From Helicobacteraceae bacterium (GTDB lineage: Bacteria; Campylobacterota; Campylobacteria; Campylobacterales; Sulfurimonadaceae), in NCBI GenBank assembly GCA_015488855.1, contig WFMY01000062.1, positions 1-36,124 on the forward strand: a stretch of 36,124 nucleotides of DNA. Reading direction: 5' to 3'. The notes under the pieces are model-generated. The model saw nothing but the letters and a program-made list of their open reading frames with translations, did no database searches and was not told where the DNA came from. Shown here in pieces: positions 21,897 through 30,241 of the stretch. Numbering within the stretch: position 1 is the first letter of the stretch; every line of letters starts with the position of its first letter. Position numbers and translations under genes: made by a program.

Positions 21897-21966
21897 TCCG
21901 ATTATTGTCGGACTTTGTCAAATTTCTTCATATTCGTCGGACTTTCATCGGACTAAAACGGACTTG
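21897..21966 (+). repeat. four (T)CGGACT direct repeats, arm-type-like
   Basis: GTCGGACTTT (21907 and 21936), ATCGGACTAA (21947), AACGGACTTG (21957); inverted TCCGA at 21897. Confidence 0.8.
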
Positions 21967-21999
21967 AAAAATTAAAATTTTTATATATTAGGAAGTGAA

Positions 22000-22305
22000 A
22001 TGATACAGTTAAAAACATTAAATAAAAGAATTGCTACGAGGTCACAAGGTATATTCTATAAACCAGTTGTTAATGAGGAAGAAAAAGAGGTAGATAAGGT
22101 ATATCTCATACGATGGATAGACCGAGATGGAAGAGAAAAACTAAAGACAGTGGATAAACACTCACAAGGAGTTAGAATTGCAACCTGTATAGTTCTTAGA
22201 AACAATACTATAAGTGCAGTATCTCTTGGGGCTGATGCCCTTTCTTACAAAGGTGCTAACAATAAATGCTTTGATGCTAAAAGTGTGTTACTTGGGGTAG
22301 CATAA
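22000..22305 (+). pseudogene. N-terminal (arm-binding) fragment of an integrase
   Basis: GIFYK..DKVYLIRW..GREKLKTV..SQGVR pattern resembles N-termini of Campylobacterota integrases; no catalytic domain; directly downstream of the repeats. Confidence 0.55.
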
Positions 22306-22492
22306 GGGGTGGAATAAAAAGAAAATTTGAATTGGTCTTGACATTTGGGGACGTTATAGAAAATGCTTCTTTTGATTACAAATTAATCTTCTTTTCCAGT
22401 AGTTTGAGTTATAATTCCACACAATCTAATGAAATTACCCCCCCCCATAAGCCCTATGTAGTGGAATTTCTAATATACATTAGGAGAATTAT

Positions 22493-23965
22493 TTGCTATT
22501 TAATAGTTATGAGTTTATATTCGCATTTTTACCGATAACCTTTTTCATATACTTCTATCTAAATCACAAAAGACTTACAGAAGTATCAAAAGGTTTTTTA
22601 GTATTTAGTAGTTTGTTCTTTTATAGTTGGTGGAACCCAATCTACCTTCCTATAATTCTTGTATCAATGATTTTTAATTATGGTGTCGGAGAGGTATTTA
22701 GTAAAGATAAATTTACAAAAGTAAGTAAAAAAACCGTATTGTGGTTTGCTATCCTTTCAAATATAACATTGCTTGCTTATTTTAAGTATATGGATTTCTT
22801 TATCTCCAATGTGAATTATATAACTGGGGAAAATATAGGACTGTATCATCTTGCTTTACCTCTTGGAATATCATTTTTTACCTTTCAACAAATATCATAT
22901 TTAGTAGATAGTTATAAAGGAGAAACAACAGAGTATGACTTCTTAAATTATGCTCTCTTTGTAACATTTTTTCCTCAACTAATAGCAGGACCGATTGTTC
23001 ATCATAAAGAGATGATGCCACAGTTTGCAAAGACACGAAACAAAGTAAAAAATTATAGAAATATTGCGATAGGACTTTTCATATTCTCTATTGGACTATT
23101 CAAAAAAGTTGTTATCGCTGATACTTTTGCTGTTTGGGCTACACAAGGATTTGATGTTGCCACTACACTTAATCTTTTTGAGGCTTGGGCTACATCACTC
23201 TCTTATACCTTTCAGTTGTATTTTGATTTTAGTGGTTATACAGATATGGCAATAGGTGCTGCACTTTTATTTAACATTAAACTGCCTATTAACTTTAACA
23301 GTCCATACAAAGCATTGAGTATACAAGACTTTTGGAGAAGATGGCATATTACACTGAGCCGTTTTCTAAAAGACTATATCTATATCCCTCTTGGTGGTAA
23401 CAGAAAGGGAGAGTTTAGAACTTATGCTAACCTAATTGCTACTTTTATACTTGGTGGATTATGGCACGGTGCAGGATGGACTTTTATATTTTGGGGATTT
23501 CTTCACGGTATGGCATTAGTTATACATAGGGCTTGGAGTAAGTTAGGTTTCAAACTCTGGACTTGGTTGGCTTGGTTGATTACTTTTAACTTTATTAATA
23601 TTGCTTGGGTGTTTTTTAGAGCCAAAGAGTGGGATGATGCTGTTAAGGTGTTAGGTAGTATGTTTAGTTTGGATAATGTTGTTTTAAAAGAAAAATTTGT
23701 TACTAAATTGTCTTTTTTATCTCACTATGTAGATTTTGAAGAAGTTATGAAAATATCTCATGATGGCAGTAGCTCATTGAATTGGTTATTAGGTGCTTTT
23801 TTTATCATTTTAATATTTAAGAATTCTCTGGAACATATTAAATATAATGACAGTAAATATATATTAACAAAAGTAAAAGCAATATATTTTGGATTTTTAT
23901 TTATGCTATCTACATATTCCATTTATACTTCAAGCCATACAGAATTTATATACTTTAACTTTTAA
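22493..23965 (+). CDS. MBOAT family O-acyltransferase, AlgI/PatA/DltB-like
   Basis: MLFNS, LPLGISFFTFQ, FPQLIAGPI, DFSGYTDMA, FWRRWHITLS, GLWHGA motifs; TTG start with AGGAG SD. Confidence 0.95.
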   Translation: MLFNSYEFIFAFLPITFFIYFYLNHKRLTEVSKGFLVFSSLFFYSWWNPIYLPIILVSMIFNYGVGEVFSKDKFTKVSKKTVLWFAILSNITLLAYFKYMDFFISNVNYITGENIGLYHLALPLGISFFTFQQISYLVDSYKGETTEYDFLNYALFVTFFPQLIAGPIVHHKEMMPQFAKTRNKVKNYRNIAIGLFIFSIGLFKKVVIADTFAVWATQGFDVATTLNLFEAWATSLSYTFQLYFDFSGYTDMAIGAALLFNIKLPINFNSPYKALSIQDFWRRWHITLSRFLKDYIYIPLGGNRKGEFRTYANLIATFILGGLWHGAGWTFIFWGFLHGMALVIHRAWSKLGFKLWTWLAWLITFNFINIAWVFFRAKEWDDAVKVLGSMFSLDNVVLKEKFVTKLSFLSHYVDFEEVMKISHDGSSSLNWLLGAFFIILIFKNSLEHIKYNDSKYILTKVKAIYFGFLFMLSTYSIYTSSHTEFIYFNF

Positions 23966-23973
23966 GGGTAAAT

Positions 23974-25095
23974 ATGAAAAATAAAATAATAATAATCACT
24001 TTTTTTATTCCAATGCTTATATCTTTAAGTATTTTACTAGGATTGTATATTGGAGACCCATTACAATTGATTCATACTCATTCTTCTAAAAAGGGTTTTG
24101 TTTCAAGTGCTAGACATCAAGTATTAAGAATAATTAATCAATATTCTTTTGATTCCATTATTCTTGGAACAAGTATGCTTGAAAATACATCAGCAGATGA
24201 AAGTTCTAAAATATTAGGTGGTAAGTTTATGAATATATCACTTTCAGGAAGTGATTTTAATACTCGTTCAATTATTTTAAATTACACTTTAAAACACAAG
24301 AAAATAAAGAAGGTTCTTTATTCACTTGATGATAATGGATTATTTCAATTTCAGAAGAAGGATACAAGCAATTTTGATTTTTTATATGATGATGATAAAG
24401 TAAATGATATTAGAGTATATGTAAGTTTTAAATATCTAAAATGTTCTATGTTTAATTCTTATTGTTTATCTAACAGAGATATTGACAGACCATTTGCTTG
24501 GTATAAAAATATAGAACACAGTAAAAGATTTGGTGGGTTAGATAACTGGTTTAAGGCAAAAAATAATGGACAAATAAAAAGTGCTTTCAATTCAATATTG
24601 GCAAGTATAGAACAGATAAAACTAAACAATCAAAATATTGATGTAAATCTACAAGACAATATTTTAAAATCTAAAAAATACCTTGATGATACAATACTAA
24701 AATATGTATCAACATATTCAGATACAGAGTTTATACTTATTATTCCTCCTTATTCAAGAATGAAATATGCTATTGATGCTCAATATAATATTTCAAATTT
24801 TGAAGAATACAAAGCAAGCATAAGATATTTAGTTAATAAAAGTAATAAATATTCAAATTTAAAAATATATGGTTGGGGAAATCATTCATTTATTGATGAC
24901 ATAGCAAATTATAAAGATTTACATCATTATGAATACAAAATAAACTCTTGGATGCTTGGAGCCATAAGCAGAAAAGCAGGACTTTTAACTACTGATAATA
25001 TTGAACCATATTTAGATGTTTTTACTGAAAAAGCATTAAACTATAATTTAATTGAACTAGGTAATAGAATTAGTAATTACTTAAACTCTAAATAA
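23974..25095 (+). CDS. membrane-anchored SGNH-like partner of the MBOAT protein
   Basis: N-terminal TM; ILGTS (GxS nucleophile-like) and DLHH (DxxH) motifs; cotranscribed with the MBOAT gene. Confidence 0.7.
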   Translation: MKNKIIIITFFIPMLISLSILLGLYIGDPLQLIHTHSSKKGFVSSARHQVLRIINQYSFDSIILGTSMLENTSADESSKILGGKFMNISLSGSDFNTRSIILNYTLKHKKIKKVLYSLDDNGLFQFQKKDTSNFDFLYDDDKVNDIRVYVSFKYLKCSMFNSYCLSNRDIDRPFAWYKNIEHSKRFGGLDNWFKAKNNGQIKSAFNSILASIEQIKLNNQNIDVNLQDNILKSKKYLDDTILKYVSTYSDTEFILIIPPYSRMKYAIDAQYNISNFEEYKASIRYLVNKSNKYSNLKIYGWGNHSFIDDIANYKDLHHYEYKINSWMLGAISRKAGLLTTDNIEPYLDVFTEKALNYNLIELGNRISNYLNSK

Positions 25096-25298
25096 GTCCG
25101 ATAGCACCACAGACAAAAATATTAAAAAAAAAGAATATTTACTAAATCCAAAGATGTTTTTTATCACAATTTGTAGCAAGCTATAGCAATAACTTGATAG
25201 AAAATATTATTTTTGTTGTAAATTGTAAAAATTTATAATATAATCTATAAATAAAATTATCACAAAATAATTACACTTTTTTAATCCAAGGATATCGT

Positions 25299-26048
25299 AT
25301 GAGCAAGATAGAGATTTTAATAGTTGAAGATGATGAGATAACGGCCCTTCATCTCAGTATGTCATTGCAAAAACATGGGTACAACATTATTGCTACCTGT
25401 GATAACATTCAAGAAGCAAAAAAGAACATAACCTCCCACAAACCAAATTTGGTTATCATAGATATATCGCTTCAAGATACAAACGATGGCATATCCCTTG
25501 GTAAAGAGGTGAGAGAAACTTTCAATCTTCCTTTTATTTACCTCACATCGCACAGTGATGATGGCATCATATCTCAAGCAAAGTTGACGGAGCCTTATGG
25601 CTATATTGTCAAACCTTTTGACCCTAGCTCTCTGCACGCAACTATCCAAATGGCTTTGTTTAAGTTTGATGTTGAAAACACTCGCAACAATGATATTACA
25701 ACTTTAAAGGTAGATAAATTAAACCTTGAAAAACTACTCTACTCAAAAAGAGCAACAGATAAACCTATTGTTCCATTTGGGGATGACTACCATCTTGATA
25801 TAAGCATTTGTGAGACATTTTATAATGGTCAAAAGATAAAATTAACAAAAAAAGAAAATGCATTTTTAAGACTTTTGGTTGCTCAACTAGGACAAGTTGT
25901 TAGTTTTGAACAAGCAACGAACTATGTATGGGATGAGCATGGAGCAACTGAAAATAGTGTAAGAACACTTGTTTGGAGACTTAGAAATAAACTCGAAACA
26001 GATATTATTAAAAATGCTTCAGGTATTGGATACTACATAGAGGAGTAG
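25299..26048 (+). CDS. DNA-binding response regulator (REC + OmpR/PhoB-type winged helix)
   Basis: IVEDD, IIDISL, YLTS, IVKPF; C-terminal LTKKE...VRTLVWRLRNKL...GIGY. Confidence 0.92.
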   Translation: MSKIEILIVEDDEITALHLSMSLQKHGYNIIATCDNIQEAKKNITSHKPNLVIIDISLQDTNDGISLGKEVRETFNLPFIYLTSHSDDGIISQAKLTEPYGYIVKPFDPSSLHATIQMALFKFDVENTRNNDITTLKVDKLNLEKLLYSKRATDKPIVPFGDDYHLDISICETFYNGQKIKLTKKENAFLRLLVAQLGQVVSFEQATNYVWDEHGATENSVRTLVWRLRNKLETDIIKNASGIGYYIEE

Positions 26049-28336
26049 TCCCTTACTTCTATCCCTTTCATAAATTCATGCATCTGTAGATGAGTGCTTT
26101 CATAGTCATATTTGCTATTTTTTTCTTTAGCATTTTGTTCCATCTCTGTAGAGAGATTTTGTAGGATTTCTATCCTAAAATTTGCACTTGAACCTTTAAT
26201 ACTATGTGCCATTAAAGATATTTTTTTATACTCTTTATTCTCAATAGCAACTTTTAACTCCCCAAGAACCTTATCCATCTTTTTAATAAATAACTTCATA
26301 AGCATGGAGAGTTCGTCCAAGGTTAGCATTAACTCCTCAGAGAGCGTATTTATATCTAAACCTACTATAAGTTCTTTTTTTTCTTGGATAACTTTTGTTT
26401 TGACTAAGGAGTCTTCTTGAAGATATTTGGTAAAAACTTTTTCCAATTCCTTAATTACAATAGGCTTACCTAAAAAAGAGTCAAATCCACTCTTTAGCCC
26501 CCTTTCTCTTGCCCCTTTTATTACATTTGCAGTGAGTGCAGCAACAGGGGTATGTCGGAGTCCTTCTTGTTTTTCATATTCTAAAATCTTTTTAATAGAT
26601 TCATTTCCATCCATGATTGGCATCTGTTCATCCATCAAGATTAAATTATATTTTTCAAGTTTGTAAAGATTAAACGCATCAAGCCCATTAGAAGCCAAAT
26701 CAAAACTAAGCCCATATTTTTTCAATAAGATTTTAATTAACTCTTGATTGGCTTCATTGTCTTCTGCAATAAGAATCTTTCCACTAAATTTTGCTTGAGA
26801 ATGTTTTTGATAACTTAATTTTACTTCAGGATGAAAGAGTTGTGTAAAAGTATCTTTTATTTTTGAGCAGTATAATGGAAAGGTCATAGGAGTGATATCG
26901 TCATATTTATCATATTTATCACTTTGTGTATTCATCAAAGAGATATAATATCTATTGTGAATTTTATAATGATTACGCAACCAATCCACAGGCATATCTT
27001 CATCAATAAATATTGCAACATCATATTTACAATTTAGAGAATCAACAACATCAATGTTGAACTTAAAAAAGTTAAAATACATCAATAAAGACTCGAGCTT
27101 AAATCTATTGTTTTCATTTGTAAAATAAAAAACTATCTGTTTATCTTGTAGTTCATCAATATTTTCAATAGCATTAGATTGTGTATTTTTTACCTCTATT
27201 GGTAGTTCAAGATAGAAGGTACTTCCTCGGTCTATTTTAGATATAAGATAGATGTCACCATTCATATGCCGTGCTAACTGTTGTGATATTGAAAGTCCTA
27301 AACCAGTACCATTACTCGCTTCTAGTTTATTGTCTTGAGATTGGGTAAATGCTGAAAAAATACCTTTTTGATCTTCAAACGATATACCAATTCCATTATC
27401 ACGGATACTAATTTGAAGCATATCATTTCGTGCAATGTATTTTGCTTTAAGACTTACAATACCATTTATAGGTGTGAATTTTATCGCATTACTCAGTAAA
27501 TTTGATACGATTTGCTTAATTCTAAGAGGATCACCAAAAAGTTCTTTTGGTATATTTGGATCTATAAAAGAGACTATCGTTATATTTTTACTTGTAGCAC
27601 TTCCTACAAAAAGTTCCATTGTATTTGTCAATTCCTCATGCAGAGAAAATACTTTTGCCTCTATTGTAAACTCACCACTTCTTAATTTAGAAAAATCTAA
27701 TATATCGTTAATAATACTTAGGAGACTTTCACCACTAGTTAAGATAGTTTCTAAATAGCCTCTATGTTTATGGGAGATATCTTCATCTATCAGGAGATTT
27801 ACAAAACCTAGTATTGCATTAAGTGGCGTTCGGATTTCATGAGACATATTGGATAAAAAGTATTCTTTTGCTTGAGATGCTCTTAATGCTTCAGCCCTAG
27901 CGTCAATAAGCTTGTTGAAGATGGTATCTGTATAAAATTTCAAAATTCCACGAAAGTTTTGATCAAAAACATAAGAGATCTCATCAAACAACTTTTTAGA
28001 ATTGAGATTGGCATCATAGGAAAAGTCTATCATAGCTCTACGAAAATGTGAGCATATCTCAAACAACTCATCAGCTGTAATTTCTCGCACTTTCAAATAG
28101 GTAAGAAGTTCTTGCATAACTGGACAATTACCTATCTCTGTATCACCACTTATAACACCCATAAAGTAGTCAAAAACACCACTTGCATATTTTTTTATGA
28201 AAAGTTCTGGTTCTATTTTATGATTTTGAAGTATCTCTCTAGGCAAGTCATAAGTAATCCAATTTTCTAAAATAATACTCTTTGACTCAATAAATGCATG
28301 TTGTAATTTAAAAAGTTCTGGGGAAACGATATGCAT
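26033..28336 (-). CDS. soluble hybrid histidine kinase (helical input domain-HisKA-HATPase-degenerate REC-REC-HPt)
   Basis: MSHEIRTPLN H-box, NLLSNAIKFT, DNGIGI, GTGLGL, LMDEQMP, AHSIKGSS; no TM seen; start moved to ATG 28336 (GGAG SD). Confidence 0.92.
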   Translation of the reverse strand: MHIVSPELFKLQHAFIESKSIILENWITYDLPREILQNHKIEPELFIKKYASGVFDYFMGVISGDTEIGNCPVMQELLTYLKVREITADELFEICSHFRRAMIDFSYDANLNSKKLFDEISYVFDQNFRGILKFYTDTIFNKLIDARAEALRASQAKEYFLSNMSHEIRTPLNAILGFVNLLIDEDISHKHRGYLETILTSGESLLSIINDILDFSKLRSGEFTIEAKVFSLHEELTNTMELFVGSATSKNITIVSFIDPNIPKELFGDPLRIKQIVSNLLSNAIKFTPINGIVSLKAKYIARNDMLQISIRDNGIGISFEDQKGIFSAFTQSQDNKLEASNGTGLGLSISQQLARHMNGDIYLISKIDRGSTFYLELPIEVKNTQSNAIENIDELQDKQIVFYFTNENNRFKLESLLMYFNFFKFNIDVVDSLNCKYDVAIFIDEDMPVDWLRNHYKIHNRYYISLMNTQSDKYDKYDDITPMTFPLYCSKIKDTFTQLFHPEVKLSYQKHSQAKFSGKILIAEDNEANQELIKILLKKYGLSFDLASNGLDAFNLYKLEKYNLILMDEQMPIMDGNESIKKILEYEKQEGLRHTPVAALTANVIKGARERGLKSGFDSFLGKPIVIKELEKVFTKYLQEDSLVKTKVIQEKKELIVGLDINTLSEELMLTLDELSMLMKLFIKKMDKVLGELKVAIENKEYKKISLMAHSIKGSSANFRIEILQNLSTEMEQNAKEKNSKYDYESTHLQMHEFMKGIEVRDYSSM

Positions 28337-28401
28337 ATCTACTCCAAATTTCAAGATACTATAGTTAGTGTTTGATATGTAATGGGATAAAGTTTTTGAG
28401 G

Positions 28402-28422
28402 ATATCCCCAAAATGGGGATAT
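28402..28422. other. GC-rich hairpin after the sqr-small ORF unit
   Basis: ATATCCCCA-AAA-TGGGGATAT; no U-tract directly after it on the minus strand. Confidence 0.6.
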
Positions 28423-28432
28423 GAAGTAAAAG

Positions 28433-28594
28433 CTAGTGGCTTTTGCCAACTACAACAATCATCTTGATGTTAATAGCGACAAATCGGATGAACTGCCAAA
28501 TTACACATGTTCTCATTTTTCTAGCAAATGCACCTGGAATCATTGTTAAATTAAACTGATCACTCTTTTCAAAATTTTTCTCTTCGTGTTTCAT
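28433..28594 (-). CDS. 53-aa small protein downstream of sqr, missing from the ORF track
   Basis: MKHEEKNFEKSDQFNLTMIPGAFARKMRTCVIWQFIRFVAINIKMIVVVGKSH*; AAGGA SD; starts 21 nt after the sqr stop. Confidence 0.8.
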   Translation of the reverse strand: MKHEEKNFEKSDQFNLTMIPGAFARKMRTCVIWQFIRFVAINIKMIVVVGKSH

Positions 28595-28615
28595 ATTTTT
28601 TCCTTTTATTATTTT

Positions 28616-30085
28616 TTATTCTGGGATCAGAGTCCAGCCTGGATTTAGTTTTGCTTTGTAGAGAAACAAGTGGTGTAAAATATGTTTAATCCAGTGTCCA
28701 GCAAGACCAATCTCACCAAAAGTATACTCAGTATCACGACCCGTTCCAGGGTACTTCTCAAAGTCAGGAACAACAGGATAGACAGTCATGGCTGCTGCTG
28801 TACCAGTTGTAAGGCCTTTACCAGCTGATGCAACACAGGCTGCACCCATTTCTGCCATAGAAGCTTCATGTAGGTGTGCATTTTCACCCTTAGTCATAAG
28901 ATCACAAACAGAGTGAGCAACAGCTTTACCGATGATACCAGAAGGCATACCTGTTCTTGGAGGAGTAGGATTAATCGGTGTTCCATTTGGAGAACTCATA
29001 GGTTTAGAGATGATATGTGGAGGGGCAAAAGCAATACCTGCAGCAAACATATTTTTATATGTAGGGTTTTGGTATGTTCTTGGCCAATCACTTGCCTTCC
29101 AATTTTCATATGCACCCGCAGCGTAGTTTGCATCAACTTTCATGAAACCATTTGGAGCAAATACAGTGGCTGTTATATCTTCACCATCTTTCGCATAAGC
29201 TTTGAGACCAACACCAGCAAAAGGAGGGATAAGCATAGCAAAATCAAACTCCTCTTCATTTGTAGATCCATCTAAGAGTTCATACTCAATTTTGCCAGCT
29301 TCCACCTTAGAAGTATGCGCACCAATAAGCCATTCAACATTTCTCTCAGCAAAAAGTGACTCTGCAAAAAGCTTAGAACTGACTACATAGCCACCAACTT
29401 TCATATGAAGACCACCCATACCAAAGTCACCTAAGAAAGATTCATTTGAAATCCACTTGATATCTGCCATATCACGAACACCCGCTTTTTTCAACTCATG
29501 TTCAATGTTAAAGATGTATTCAAAAGCAGCACCTTGACATGTACACATACCATGACCAGTACCAACAAGGATTTTTTGTCTCTCTCCTGCTTTCATCTTT
29601 TCAATACATTTTTGAAGTTCTTGAGATGCATGAACTGCGTGATCAGCAGTACATACTGAAACAGTATGCTCACCTAAACCATTTGCATCACCAAGACCTG
29701 GAGTCGCTGCAAAGTTAAGTTTTGGACCAGTTGCATTGATGAGATAATCATACTCAACTATTTCACTTTCACCTTCACGACCAGATTCTGTATATTCAAT
29801 AGTTACAAAAGGCTTTGCTTCTGATTCACTACCCTCTGGATTTATAGACACAGCTTTGGCTTGTTTGAAATTAATTCCAGCTTTTGCATAAACAGGAGCT
29901 AAGTCAAAGGTTACTTCCTCTTTGCTCATCTGTCCAACACCTACCCAAATATTTGATGGGATCCAATTCCATTTACTATTTGGAGTTACCACTACCACTT
30001 CGTGAGATGAACCTAACCATTTTGCTGCGAATGTCGCAGCAGTGTGTCCTGAAACACCCCCACCTAAAACAACTAATCTTGCCAT
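28616..30085 (-). CDS. sqr: sulfide:quinone oxidoreductase, type IV (SqrD-like)
   Basis: GGGVSG FAD motif, WIPSNIWV, SVCT, GHGMCTCQGAAFEY, PPRTGMPS, ACVASAG. Confidence 0.9.
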   Translation of the reverse strand: MARLVVLGGGVSGHTAATFAAKWLGSSHEVVVVTPNSKWNWIPSNIWVGVGQMSKEEVTFDLAPVYAKAGINFKQAKAVSINPEGSESEAKPFVTIEYTESGREGESEIVEYDYLINATGPKLNFAATPGLGDANGLGEHTVSVCTADHAVHASQELQKCIEKMKAGERQKILVGTGHGMCTCQGAAFEYIFNIEHELKKAGVRDMADIKWISNESFLGDFGMGGLHMKVGGYVVSSKLFAESLFAERNVEWLIGAHTSKVEAGKIEYELLDGSTNEEEFDFAMLIPPFAGVGLKAYAKDGEDITATVFAPNGFMKVDANYAAGAYENWKASDWPRTYQNPTYKNMFAAGIAFAPPHIISKPMSSPNGTPINPTPPRTGMPSGIIGKAVAHSVCDLMTKGENAHLHEASMAEMGAACVASAGKGLTTGTAAAMTVYPVVPDFEKYPGTGRDTEYTFGEIGLAGHWIKHILHHLFLYKAKLNPGWTLIPE

Positions 30086-30120
30086 TTAATTTCCTTAATT
30101 TTTTGTTCTATAAAAAGTCT

Positions 30121-30172
30121 ATCAAAACTATATCACAAATTAATCACAGCATTCTATAAATATTATTTATAG
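30121..30172. promoter_or_regulatory. sqr promoter region with 11-bp phased repeats and a 19-bp palindrome
   Basis: ATCAAAA/ATCACAA/ATCACAG at 30121, 30132, 30143; CTATAAATA-T-TATTTATAG at 30154-30172; extended -10-like TGATATAGT on the minus strand. Confidence 0.55.
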
Positions 30173-30190
30173 TAAAAGTATATTCAATTT

Positions 30191-30214
30191 AAAAAAGCCT
30201 ATAAATAGGCTTTT
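30191..30214 (-). terminator. intrinsic terminator of pepN
   Basis: AAAAGCCTAT-AA-ATAGGCTTTT hairpin with a T run on the minus strand. Confidence 0.75.
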
Positions 30215-30241
30215 AACACATAATAATCTAACTTTAAGTGG

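Larger units (their letters stand above)
21841..25102. mobile_element. decayed integrative element carrying an O-acylation gene pair
   Basis: Core-like inverted repeat at 21841-21864; CGGACT repeats; integrase N-terminal remnant; visibly AT-rich cargo; inverted repeat copy at 25094-25102. Confidence 0.55.

Noticed and set aside
21897-21966. CGGACT repeats considered as CRISPR or plasmid iterons
   Set aside because: Too short, no unique spacers, no rep gene; better explained as integrase arm-type sites
22332-22538. 68-aa ORF spanning the poly-C tract
   Set aside because: Covers the MBOAT promoter and SD, overlaps its start out of frame, no recognisable features
28337-28411. N-terminal extension of the kinase in the ORF track (likewise the extensions of rpsA, hemH, the PAS gene and the zeta-like gene)
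   Set aside because: Upstream starts lie in hairpin or promoter sequence; downstream ATGs fit SD position or family N-termini better
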